A program made the position numbers and the translations under genes. From NCBI GenBank assembly GCA_040357565.1, contig JBDODJ010000022.1: a DNA stretch of 64,000 nt. One strand, 5' to 3'. This stretch comes from Cercozoa sp. M6MM. Its lineage: Eukaryota; Protista; Endomyxa: Ascetosporea. The notes below the pieces were generated by a model, which saw only the letters and a list, made by a program, of their open reading frames with translations, was not told where the DNA came from and did not search any database. The number at the start of each line of letters is the position of its first letter. Positions within the stretch are counted from its first letter, which is position 1. This document shows, one piece after another, positions 12,605-28,236 of the stretch.

Positions 12605-15479
12605 ATGATGCGTACTGTAGTCCTGCGGCGTCAGTTGTCGCGTCGGTTTCTTTCGCGCTCAAGGTCGCGCACCGATGACGCCTATGATCGCGTGGGTTGA
12701 CATGTGCATGGGGTCCTAGTGACCATCTGTGTGCATGTATGGGTGTGTGTATGTGTGTGTGTGCTGCAGCTGATCACGATGAAGTCGGCGTGGCCACTGA
12801 TGAACAGTCGCGGCGACGAGGCCGAGCTGGAGCGACTGCGCGCGATGTACGACCGATCACGGGACGAGATCCTCAGTGCGCTGGAGACTGTCAAGGCCTC
12901 CGCGCTGATTGAAACCGAAAACAGCGACAGCTGCGCGGACGACGCCGAAGAAACGCCGCGTATCACGCATGTGAACCATGTGTTGCATCTGGCAACGTCA
13001 TCGGTACTCGTGGGCGACTGGGACACCTACACTCGCGGTATACCTCCCCCTCTTACCCCCTCCGACCCCCTCTTACCCCCTCCGACCCCCTCTTACCCCC
13101 TCTTTCCCCCTTTACCCCCACACACAGCGACGGCAGCGCTGTCCAAGTACCCAAAGACGGAGGACCCGATGCACATGGCGGCGTTTCTCGANNNNNNNNN
13201 NNNNNNNNNNNNNNNNNNNNNNNNNNNNNNNNNNNNNNNNNNNNNNNNNNNNNNNNNNNNNNNNNNNNNNNNNNNNNNNNNNNNNNNNNNNCCCCCCCCC
13301 CCGAGCAGTTCGCTGAAGGAGGAAGACTTGGCGCGCGAAGAGAGCGGCAAGGAGCTGAGTGAAGAGGAGTGTGCCAAGGCAGAGGCCACAGTGGTCATGT
13401 TGGACACGGCATCGCGACACATGTGGCGCTGTCTCGGTCGGCAGAAACTACACTACCCTGGCGTACCTTTTTACCCTCTATTCTCTGCCCCTTAGTCTTA
13501 GCCTTACCCCCGCAGACTCTGGAGGATGTGTGCAACATTACTAACGCGGCGTCGACGACGCTGACGAACTTTACGTGGGACTGCGCCGTCAATCGGCACG
13601 GCGCACGACGTGCCACTGATGAGTGCGCGCGCCGCTTGCTTCTGGAGGCGGTATCTTTTGCTATGGGGAGTGGGGGGGGGTAGGGTAAAGGGGTAAAGAT
13701 ACAGGGGTAAAGGGGTAAAGATACGGGTCAAAGGGGTAAAGATACAAAGGTAGTGTGTCACATGCGACTCTGTGTGCACAGCAACGGTACCTGAAGCGAC
13801 TGGAAACTTCGGAAAACAAGGCGATCGAGATGTACATGCTGCGACCCGTTTGGAAGCGCCTGGCGTAGCTTTACCTTTACCCCCTTCCACTTTCTTTACC
13901 CCTTTATCCCCTTAGTACACTGCATCGCAACCGTTTGTCACCGGCCTTGTTTCACGCAATCGAAAAGGAGGTAGTTTTATCCCTACCCCTGCCCCACCCT
14001 ACCCCACCCTACCCTACCCCACCCTACCCTACCCCTACCCTACCCTACCCCTACCCCCTACCCTCCCCCGCCCCCCGGCAGAAGCAGCGACTGGCGCCGT
14101 ATCTGGAGAAGTCGTGGCTGCGACGGCACTCGCTGCTGCACTACTGCGAGGAGTGCGCGCGTGACCTGTCCTACGCCGTCGGCATGATTCGCGACGTCAG
14201 TGCCGCCGGTCTCAAGAGCACACCTGTGCCGCAGCAGGTGTGTCTATACCCCCTACCCCTGTGCCGTTTTTACTCACTTACCCCCCTCTTTCCTGTAGCT
14301 GATGCTTCTGCTAAAGGAGGCGCAGGAGGCGCCGGACGCGGTGTTGCAGGAGCAGGTGCGCGAGGAGTACCTGCAGTTGCGCGCACAGCTGCGTGTGATG
14401 CTAACACGACGTCGCTCCTCAGTGGTCAAGTCGGTCGACGTTGTGCCCTTTGCGTTGTGTGCTGTGCGGTTCAAGGACTGGGACACGCTGCATCAGGGTG
14501 CGTCTGTACCCTTTTACTTCCTCCTTTACCCCCTCCTTTACCCTTTACTCCTTACCCCCCCAGCACTGAACGCACTAAAGGAGAACTCGAGTATCGACAT
14601 GTTGTCGTTCCGCAAGTTGCTGCAGTCGGTCATGGAGGCACTCGAGGCTTGGTAGATCCCTTACCCCCTCTTTCACCCCCTTAACCCCCCTGTAGTCACA
14701 ATGTGCAAGGAGAGACCTTCATGGAGTTGGAAGGCATTCTGCCTGACTTGTGGAGCTGTCTCTTGCTGCGGCCGCTGTTCCATGGCGTAGGCTTTGCCTT
14801 TTACCCCCCTTTACCCCTACCGCCGACCCCCTTCCCTTTATACCCTACCCGCCTTTATACCCCCAGGGCCACACGAAGAAGTGCGCCGTCGTGGCTGACT
14901 GCACTTCGCTGCTGCTGCGCGCTGACGCGGAAATTTGCTCGCAGCGTTTCGCCGATCGAGCTGCGTCGGAACAAGTGCGCCGAATCCTCGATCAGATTGT
15001 AGTTTCACCCCCCCCCCCCCCCCCCCCCGCCCTCTTACCCCCTTAACGTCCTCCCTTCGCAGCCGGGCCACATTGAGTTCTTGCGACGAGGCGGCAAGGG
15101 CATCACCTACCTGTACTCACTGCGCGAGATCTGGAGATCACTGACGTACATACCCCCTACCCCCCCCCCCCCCGACCCCTTACTCCCCTGTGTGCACAGC
15201 GATCTCTACTTGAAGGGCGAGAACGTTCCTTCCGAAATGCTGCGTCAGATCGAGATTGAGGTGCTGTCTTGTGTGTATGTGTCTGTGTGTCTGTGTGTCT
15301 GTGTGTGTCCCCGTTACCCCCCCCCCGGTGCGTAGAAGAAGTACATGCTGCCGCTGTTGGAACCGTCGTTCTTCAAGGAGTGCGGTTTCCCGACCGAGGA
15401 TGAGCGAACGGCACGCCAGTTGCGCGCCACCATTGCCGTCATCACTGGCAGCACGCCTGGCCACGCGCAGGTTGAGTAA
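12605..15479 (+). CDS. Large multi-exon alpha-helical hypothetical protein, possibly mitochondrion-targeted
   Basis: Arg-rich, acid-poor N-terminus MMRTVVLRRQLSRRFLSRSRSR. Many GC-rich exons separated by C-rich introns. Ends ...TPGHAQVE*. An N gap lies inside. Confidence 0.6.
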
Positions 15480-15699
15480 AATTCGTCTTCAGCTTTTGTC
15501 CGGTAGTCCGGCAGTTACAAACAAGTAATAGAACCAAAAAACTCAAAACCACTGTTAAGGGGGCTGTTTCCACGTTTGGCACAACACTAGCTATAAAGTC
15601 GTGGTGCGCTACAGTGTGAAGTGTTTGAATAGGTGCCAAATTAGTGTGCAGAACCACTGATAGTGCTTAACGGAGCGTTGGCTGATCGGCAAAGAGAGG

Positions 15700-17396
15700 A
15701 TGCCGCGGACAAGTCGAAAACGGATCACGCAGCAGTCGTCAGATGACGGTGCTTGAGTCACGTGTCGATTGTGATGTTGGCATGTGACGGTTTATACAAG
15801 TGTCTGCGTGTAGAGGTGCGAGAGGCACTGGACAGTATGACACGCGACGAGATGCGTCTCGCATGCCAGTAGGTTTTCAGTTTTGAGAGTGCTTTAAGGA
15901 TATTTTTAGGGATACTTAAGGGAGTGTTTTTAAAGGGCCCGGGAACTCAAGCGATCCGGAACGAAAGCCGACATGAAAGAGCGACTCGCAGCCTACCTGG
16001 CCAACAGCACCCAGGACATGCACGACGACTTGAGTGGTAAGGGGACAAGGGGGTAAAATGGAGGGGTACAATGGAGGGGTATGGGAGGGGGTAAAATGGA
16101 GGGTATGGGGGGTAAAATAGAGGGGTATGGGGGTAAAATAGAGGGTATGGGGGGTAAAATGGGGGGGTAAAACATCAAGATTCTCTTGTCTGCAGACGAA
16201 AGCGAAAACGAGGAGGAAGAGGAAAAACCGCGAATTGAGCGCATTGCAGGTTTGCTACTCTAAGGGGGTAAGAGGGGAGGGGGTAAGGGGGGAGGGTAAA
16301 GCGAGGGTGTATTTTGGCAGGCTACACGGCCTCGCAGCAGAAGCTGCTGCTCGATCTGCCTGACAACACCACACGGCCACTGCGTAAGTTTCATAAACAG
16401 GGGGGGGGGGGGGGTAAACAGGAGAAAAAGGGGGGGGGTAAACAGGGGGTATAGAGGGGTAATAGGGGGTAAACAGAGGGGTAAACAGGGGGGTAAAGAG
16501 GAGGGTATGCACAGAGGTGTTCTCGTTTCGTAATGTGCGCGAGCACGGCCAGCGCCGTCTGCCGATGCAAGGTGTTCCTCAAGAACAGTGGCCTTCGGCA
16601 GTGCGCTGCTTCGAGTCCTGCGAAGGTAGGGCTAGAGGGGGTAAAAGGTGTAGGGATAAAGGGTATAGGGATAAAGGGTAAAAGAGTAAGGGTATAGGGC
16701 TAAAGGGCTAAAGGAAATTAAAATCTGCAGATGACAACAAGTGGAGCAGCGGTATGATGACCCTTCCGCCCGGAGGCGTCAAGGAACTCCAAGTCGCCAA
16801 TCCATGTGAGGTCTTCTTTGTGCTCAGGGCGCCCGGTGACACTGTACCTGCAATCTACCCCCTTCCCACCCCTTTACCCCCCCCCCCAGGAACTTGAACT
16901 AGTCGTGTATTCGCACGACTACGCCTTGGACGCGAAGCTACGCGAGACTCTGGTACAGTGTTGATCGTTTTTTCTGGTATTTTCACATCTCTCCGCTGGG
17001 AAGGCCACCGAGGACGTCTCGGCCGATGATTCGCGTTTCTCATCGAAGCGAACCGTATTTTTGGTATGACTCATAATCTCATCAGTCGACATATTCTTAT
17101 GTATACGTTCTCCAGGTGCCACGTGGCTCGCACATACACCTGCCTGTTGGTACACTCTACTCGTGCTAAGTGGTCCCATCACTAACGTGTGACCACTGTG
17201 TGCGAGTGCCACAGGGACTGAGTATTCACTGCGAAATCGTCACTCGAGCGAGTCGATCGAGATGCTGTTCATCCTGTCGCATCAGGAGCGTTCGGACGCG
17301 CTGTTCAACGTGCAGTTGCTGGACCGTAGTCGGCGCCTGCAGGCAGGTGACAAGGAACGCCTTCGACAAGCCTCGCAGCAGTCGGCGCGGGACTGA
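15700..17396 (+). CDS. SAP-domain protein with C-terminal CENP-C/Mif2-type cupin
   Basis: SAP: LDSMTRDEMRLACQ|ARELKRSGTKADMKERL. Cupin: WSSGMMTLPPGGVKELQ...EVFFVL ... VPRGSHIHLPV|GTEYSLRNRHSSESIEMLFIL. Confidence 0.65.
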
Positions 17397-17543
17397 TCCA
17401 GATCCAGATCTCGCGGACTGCAGTCATGGGGTTTCATCGCATGTCAGGCCAGACGTCAGTCGAGTCAACTGAAATGTTCCATTCCATTGCAACCTACCAG
17501 CTAACCTACGGCAAAGCGGATTGCTCAATTAAACTAACTCTCG

Positions 17544-18907
17544 TTAAAAGTCGCCGCTGGGCTGGACAAACTTGCGTTGTGGCGTGCCGCCAGTTTTTTG
17601 CTTCTTGGCGGCATTGAACTTTTTCTTCGCCTTTCGCGGTTGTCTGTTCGCTGTGCGCGCCTTCTTTCGCGAGGACTGCTCGCGATCGCGCGGTCGACCG
17701 GCGTGTGTGACACGCTTTGCTCCAGCAGCGGCCAAGTCCACAGGTTTTCTCTGTAGTTCAACACACGAGATCAATCAAACAAACAATCAAAGGAGAAGTG
17801 TGCACCTGCTTCTTCTTTTTGGCCTGTGCTTCGATCAACTGCTCAGTCAGTCGCAATGAGGCGTCTTGCCTCTCCTGTTTGCAAGAATTGTATTGTGGCA
17901 GCGAAAACTACGGAAAATACAATAGAAAACCTTTTCTCGCTGCTCTGTCATGCGCTGCACAAACGCAGCTTCGTCGACTCGTTTCGTGGTTTCTGTCTGT
18001 GTAAAAAAAAAAGAGATCAGTTAAACCGAAAAACTCAAAGTTAATTAGTCCTACACAAAAACGCACCTCCCTCTGCCACTCCTGCGTCCAGCGAGCAAGT
18101 TCTTCCGCTGCCTGCGAATTCAACTGCTCGACGGTTTTGTTAAAGCCTCCGAAACTGCGAGACATGTTGAGTCATATCGTAGGCGATTAGGTATGAGTGT
18201 AAAGCCATCGATACCTCCTTCGGCCAGTGTGGAAGGTCGCCTGCAGACTGGTGGCCGCACTGGACGTGTCAATCAAAGAAACACCGAGATCGCCTCCTTG
18301 CCTCGTCCATTGCTACAGTTGCTCTGTGAAACAGCGGACACTTTCTTTTATTTAAAAAAAGCAAGGCACCCTTTCTGTGCCGCCCACAGAGGCCTTCTGA
18401 GCGCTTTTCTCGCTGTCCTGACCGGCACCCTGACTGGCACTCGTCGAGCTCTTGCGGTCGCTGCCCTCTGGCGGCGCATTCTTTCTATTGTTACGGTGGT
18501 TCTTGCGCACCATCTGCACGATGCGCTCGGCACGCGACAGCACGCGTGACCTTTCCATGTCGAAACACGGTGGCAGGCCCTACTTCATTTTGCATCGTAA
18601 TTTACACATATTTAATTCGCCCTCAGAAACAACGGACCTTAAGCGTGTTCACGTGTGTGTGCCTGAACAGATGTTGCTTGGAGGATGGCCTCGCGGGCGT
18701 GCTAGAGCTCGGCCGATGGTTGATTAATTTTAGTTTTCGTCCAGCGCTCCAACTTCTTAAATAACAATTGATCTCGGCAGTTGATTTCACTGAGTTCGGT
18801 TCCAACAGCCGGACAAGGAGGTGGACCCAAACAAAACAACTTGAGCTATTTTCAATCTTGTCCGGCAGCCAAGCAGAGTAAAAACCCGGGTACGTTTCCC
18901 AGCGCAT
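17544..18907 (-). CDS. MPHOSPH6: MPP6 (M-phase phosphoprotein 6)-like exosome cofactor; 5' end uncertain
   Basis: Splicing gives GRRSFGGFNKTVEQLN, the Mpp6 signature. Basic C-terminus ends RKFVQPSGDF*. Confidence 0.55.
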
Positions 18908-19179
18908 GCCACGTGCATAGTAGGCTAAGATTGACGTGGGAAGAGGCTAGACAGGCCAACAATCAAGAAAAGGTGTATTATTTCTTGTATTTGTCTAACC
19001 GGGGGACCTTTTTCCTCTCAGTGCTCTCCACCCTGGCACCGACCGTTGGAGCGGGTTATTGTGCTTTTTGCATACGCTCGTGTGTTTTGCAGACTTTAAA
19101 CGAACTGCACGTAGCTCTGAGGCTTAACAACAGAAAACGACTGCACTGCAGTTCTTTCAGCAAAAAAGTTGTGAAGCCT

Positions 19180-21929
19180 ATGCCGGGAGAAACAAATGTG
19201 CGCTACTCGCCGGCAGAACTGCTGGCGAGTATGATTAGCGTATCTGAGTCAGTAGCGGAGCAGCGAAGGTGTTGTGTTTTCTCTTTTTTTTTTGTTTGCT
19301 TCTTTACAACTGTATTTTTGCTTGTGCAGAACGCAACTCCAACAACGTCTCGTTCAAGTGAGACAGCAGCGCATCTGCGACAAGCCACACATTCGAATGC
19401 CTTCGCCTGTGTCAACTCAGGTATGCCTCTGTCATCTCACAGCAAGCATGACTGTTTCAACTTATTTATTCTTTCGGGCTCTTCGCTCAGTCGACGCACT
19501 CCTGGCACGCTGGCGTGGCAGTGCCGGTTGAAGCAATCCAGCGCATCACTTACGATAGTCGGCGCGCACAACAGCACCTTTTGCAGTCGTTTCAGCCCAA
19601 TGAACTAAAGTCAACTGAGCCTGTGCAGCAGGAGCGACAAAGTACGGTGCGCCTTGTGGGCACCGCACGTCGAACCCGGCAGCGAAAGCGCAGTCGCCGT
19701 CGCATTCAGCAGCCGCCGACGGACGAGCAGTTTCTGGCCGAGCTGAACCAAGAGATGCACGGCACTGCTCTTCGTAACTTATCAATGCACGTACCTGAGT
19801 TAATCCTGTGTGTTTCAACAAGCGAAACTTGGCTGATTGAATGACACAGCCGCTGCTCAAGACGAAGGTTCTCCAGTAACAACAGAAGACTTGCAACTAC
19901 GCGTGCCTGTGAAGACTCTCACGGAGGACACCATCACTGCTGCCATCGGTCAAGTTGTAGAATTGATCTAACCTCATGTTTGCCAGGTGAATAAATGAAA
20001 GTTGAGGATGCTGTTGCATCAAATAGGTGTGCCGCGAGCACCACGTTCGCACAGGCGAGTCACTGGAGGCGCTTCCCTTCATTCTATCCGATATCGTTGC
20101 ACACGTGTTCCACGTGCTTCCTGCCCGCCTGCCATCGCAACTGCCGACCGAACAGATGGTAAACTGTGTGTGAACTTTCGCTGAGTTTTTGAATGAAACT
20201 TCACACTGCCGCATTTTCCTTGCAGCAACGAATCACAGAGATCCTCGCGAAGCTGGAAAAGGAAGGCAAGATCAAGGCCGTTCGCAGCGGCAGCAATATT
20301 GGTACCGTGCGTTTATGCATTGTGCCTACCGATTGAATCACTGAAACATGCACAGGCACCAAGTTCGTCGTTGTGCTGAGCACTCCTTTTGCTGCTGCGG
20401 TGCCAGTCGATGGCAGCGAGGACACGCGACGCAGGTAGTCTCACTCAGAAGCAGCTTTGAGGTCTGAATTTTACTAATTTTTTTTATCACGTTCCTGCAG
20501 AAAACGGCAGTACAAGCGAAGTCATGTGCTCGGCAATATGGTCTTCACGCAAATCAAGCAAACTGTACATGAGACGCGCATTCGTTTAGTGTCTTTTTTG
20601 TGTGGCGAAGTTGCTTTTTCTGTTTTGACTGGACAGCCCGGCAAGTCGAAACGAACCAAGCGCTTGCTGCAGGTGCCTCCTCGCGGCTTCCCGAACATGC
20701 AGCAGCTGCTGATGACTTTGTGCCGGCGCGGCAGACGACCCTGGCGCATTAGCGACATCTCAAATGCACTGTGTACGCTTGTTCTCGCTGGTGAGAACGT
20801 ATCAGCTATTTAACAAAATGTTCAAACTCTATAGCATGCTCTCCGGACCCAAATTTCGTGGAAGTCAGCGACAAGGATCTCGATGTAAACTTAGCTTTGG
20901 CTTTCATGCTTGCCTTGATGTTTATAATACATGCGGTTTACGCAGAGTCAGATGATCTATGATCGCGTGCGTGTGCAACAACGTGCACGCAAGGTTCTGG
21001 TACGGCTCAAAGTCACTGCACGCTTAGACAGGGTCATGTTGAGGGCCGGTTTGCACAGAGAGATGCGGAGGCTGCAGGACTGGTGCAGTGCATCGGACGC
21101 ATGTGCTTCAGCAGCAAGGTACAGTACACTTTTAATCTCTGGCTTTGTTCGCTTGGGCAACTTTTACTGCTCGAACTTAGGTTGACAGCAAACAAGCCGG
21201 CGGCAGTGAGGAAGACGATGCCGAAGACGACGATAATGTAGTGTTTCTCATATAGTAACAATCGCGTGTTGTGGAAGCACGTTCACTTCGATAGGAGAGA
21301 CGTCGAGTACTCGCATCACGCCGAAGCACACGCACGCCGCAGTCGCTTAGGTAAATTTACGTTCTTTGCACCTGTATTTGATCCTTGCGTTCTTTACTTA
21401 TCTCTGCAGAGAAAGCGTGGCCGACGCCGATCGCTTTTTGCAGCAGTGGCAAGTACGCATGGGTACCCTTCGTCCTGACTTGCAGTTGAGGTTGCTCTAT
21501 CAATTGTTGTGCTCCAGGCCTGTGCGATCACCGTTCGTGTCCGTTTCTGTAAGTGGATGCTTCCTTTTGTGGATCCTATCATCATTCACACTCTGTGATT
21601 TTAGGTACCGCGCGACCGATGCGGCAGTGGCGCAAGTGAAAGCACTCGAAAAGGCGCAGCAGAAAAACAAGCAAAGCCAAGCACAAGTTAGCCAAGCACA
21701 AGTTAGCCAAGCACAAGTTAGCCAAGAGCAACCCGGCACGACAAACACACACTCCATCGGCACCGATATTTGCAAAAACGCCAACGAAGTCGATGATACA
21801 CTCAAGTCCGACGCACTCTGCGCTACCGTTGCGTCATCTGCTGCCAGTGCGTCCAATCCGCACTCGCAGGCCCCTAGTCAGGCCGGCACTGGCCCGTCGG
21901 GTCCCACAAACGAGCACTCTGCCGGTTGA
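19180..21929 (+). CDS. Large multi-exon hypothetical protein, probably nuclear, with low-complexity C-terminus containing SQAQV repeats
   Basis: Start MPGETNVRYSPAELLA. Basic cluster RRTRQRKRSRRR. Splice-flanked exons such as QRITEILAKLEKEGKIKAV. Ends ...GPTNEHSAG*. Confidence 0.5.
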
Positions 21930-22050
21930 AGCTGCCAGAGTCCGTTCGCCATCGCAGTTCTGCGTGCACTCTGGTGCAAGAACTCGAGAGTGCCGGAGCT
22001 AACGCTGAGTTTACACTTGATTTATTTAAGCTTGAGACTTTCGCCTTGCA

Positions 22051-25326
<3,276 letters not shown>

Positions 25327-25796
25327 ACGATTCCACGGCCACTAATTCAAAAAAAAAACGGGAGCAGCTGAAAATCGCATTTCTCTCTGATGCAAGAAAC
25401 GCCGGCCGCAAAGCTATGTATGCCGTGCTGCGATGGTTGGGTAAAACTACAGGCTGTTTTAGTTGAGTCTGATATGAACTGGAAACAAACTATGTACAGT
25501 AGCTACCTTGCTCCGAATCCTCTACGCATCGGGGCCCGGCCAAACGAAGCACCAGATCTAGCTAGAGAGCGTATTAAAATTAAGCGCGAGCGTAAGGCAA
25601 GGCAAGGTAAGGTAGACGAGGGGTGTCTGCGCTCTAGCTAAGCTTAAAAGGTACATCGCGTCGTAAGTAATATATGGTCGGGTACAACTCAGCGCAGGCT
25701 GAACCGAACGCAAGCGAAGCGCACGACTTTAGCGTACGGTAGTCGCAGCATTCGGTTGCCCGGAGTCAACGCAAAATTCCGTTTTAACCAACGCAG

Positions 25797-27224
25797 TTAG
25801 CGCCGCTCTCGCGCGAAAACAAAGTCATGCATTGCATCCAAGAAGCCTCGCGGATTGTTTAGAAACACCTGCAAGCACCAAGCACGCTTTAATCCAACGC
25901 GGAAAGTGAAAAAGGCCGAACGTACCTGGTGACCGACTTGCGGAACGATATGACGCGAAAACACGTCTCCGTGACTTTCCAGCAATGGTTCCACCGCTAC
26001 ATGCATTGTCAACAACACTCCACTCGCACACTTTACGTAAAGATCGAAAGAGTGTTACCTCCTGGTTCCATCCAGTCGTTGTCGCCATAAATGAACAACG
26101 TGGGTCGTTGCAGTCCAGGCAGTGAGCGCAGCAGCGGTCTCCGTGCTACAGAAAATAAATCAACTTGCCTTTTAGGAAGAAAAGGGCAACGCTACCTTGT
26201 GCGAAGTCATCCAAAACAACATGCAGCACGCTCTCGCCGCTCAGTGGTTGCATCGTCTGCAAAAGGATAGTCTCTTGGATAGTTGAACTAAGTAATCAAT
26301 TATAAGAGAATACTTACGGTGTGATAGACAAACTGCCGCATGGCCTCCCTGGTTTCGTTCAGCTGAGTGAAGCGTCCGTTGACATAAGCATCGACGAGCC
26401 GTCGGGCAATGAACGAAGGGCACCATCGCAGGAACTCGAGAGGCGAGCCAACCTGCGTCATCACCTTTTGCATGGTGCGCAGCACGTAGTATCGCAGGGG
26501 CGACACATCTGCCCTCCCACCCACCAGCGCATGTCTCATCAAAACGACAGCAACAACAGAACCGGTACTACTTTCTTTCAACCGTCGCAGTCGTTCTTCA
26601 CGCTGCTCTGATGACAGTGGCGGCTGCGATCAATTTCACACAAATTGACTTGAATTCCTAAAGTCAAACAAAGCATTTTTTGCGGAGAAACTAGAATACC
26701 TTAACTCCCGCAGGCGAAATCAACACGAGTTTCTCAACGTTGTGCTCGTAACGCATCGCATAGTGACTCGCCAAGTAGCCGCCAAGCGAGTGTCCGCACA
26801 GAATCATTCGCTTGTTTGGACCCAACTACATATACTCATGTATGTCCAATCATCAGAGAATGACAAGAAGGCAAGAAATACCACTCGTTGTCTCCACTGC
26901 TCCAGCGCCTCCTGCAGACCAAAAAACACACATACAAGATCTACAAAAGAACCCACAGAAGCGTTCAGGAAAGCTCAAACACACCACAAAAATCTGTTCA
27001 GATTCGCGCAACTGTTCGTCGTCGTCGTGCTCGCTGGCCAGCAGTGCCGTTTCGGCATCTCGGATTCGTCGCGTCAGCCACTAATGTCAGCAATCTCAAG
27101 GCGAAATCACGACGTCATTTCAGCGAAACTAAAGCCGTAAATTACATCTGGTCGTGCCGACAAACCAAAGCCAAGCCAATCAAGTGCAAAGACGCGACGA
27201 CCACTACGTTTCGCCTAAATGACA

Positions 27225-27276
<52 letters not shown>

Positions 27277-27924
27277 GGTGCACGTGCAGTGAATGCGTCT
27301 TAAAGCTACCAGCTGAGGCAGCACAGGTAGGTACATGGCAGCACCGGCACCGAAACCGTGAGCCAGAACGATTGGAACGTCGTCCTCATCATCCTCTGTT
27401 TGAACCCACATATATATTTCTTGACGTCAGAAAAGGCAGTCAGCTGGGAAGAGTGAAACAAACCCTTAGCATCGTCGTCGTCGTGTCGCACTTCGAGCGT
27501 GTGAATGTGACACGACGGTAGTCGGAAGGTCTCCTATCGTACCATTCAGTTTTCGAATTCTGAATTCAACAAGGAAAAACAAAAGCACAGGATCGAACAC
27601 GCCAGTGGACGAAAATGTCATCGTCTCTGTCTCTTCGTGTCCCTGAAAGTGAAACAGCCCTTTGAATCGACTTTAAAACAACCAGTGAAACTTCAAAAGG
27701 CAGGCTACAACGTTGACGTTAAATCGGCGAAGATTCAGATTCTCCCATTGCTGCGGGTGCACGCGTTGGTAGTCTTCAATCAGCGACTGCTCTGCCTCCT
27801 CCAGCTCGGAGGCGCCGGTCCCTCGATACCAATCGCGCAGTGTTGCGAAAAACGACATCTGTTCCAGGAGCTGTAGTGCAAGTGTCCCTCCGTTGGGCAC
27901 TATCCGCGCGGGTACCATTGACAT
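25797..27924 (-). CDS. ABHD4: Alpha/beta hydrolase of the ABHD4/ABHD5 (CGI-58) family
   Basis: PIVLAHGFGAG, RRVFALDWLGFGLSARP, ILCGHSLGGYLASHYA (Ser nucleophile present), LVLISPAG and GHQ|VFLNNP. Confidence 0.88.
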
Positions 27925-28236
27925 ACAAAATCAGAAAAATGCGGAAGCTACTGGACAGTGGATGCTCACTGCCCCAAGAAGATGCCCAGCAGGAATCACT
28001 TCCAAATTTGTATGCAGGAAGACAAACTGGCTTATTTACCACCAATTTGGGTTTAACCAACGTAGAAGGACAGCTGTCGCACTTGAAAACTCGCGATCAC
28101 GCCCACAAAAAGAGATGATTTTTTAAATATTCGTCCGCACGGACACCATTTTGTCCTGCAGAGCTCGTGCTTGGTCGCGCGCGTTGGGAACAATTGCTCT
28201 TTTGCTGCACTGTTCGAAGTACGACAACAACGTGCA

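Noticed and set aside
13192-13291. N runs (also 22229-22328 and 41186-41195)
   Set aside because: Assembly gaps next to simple repeats, not biological features.
13980-14065. (CCCTA)n tract as a telomere
   Set aside because: It is internal, degenerate and confined within a GT-AG intron.
21870-22050. Overlap of the AHI1 3' end with the convergent gene
   Set aside because: AHI1 can end at TAG 22051-22053 (…VFGTGSNGIAYLS*) without a further intron, so no overlap is required.
25660-25770. TPP riboswitch-like CUGAG..UACCCG on the minus strand
   Set aside because: The P4/P5 half (ACCUGAU...UAAU...GCG.AGG) is absent.
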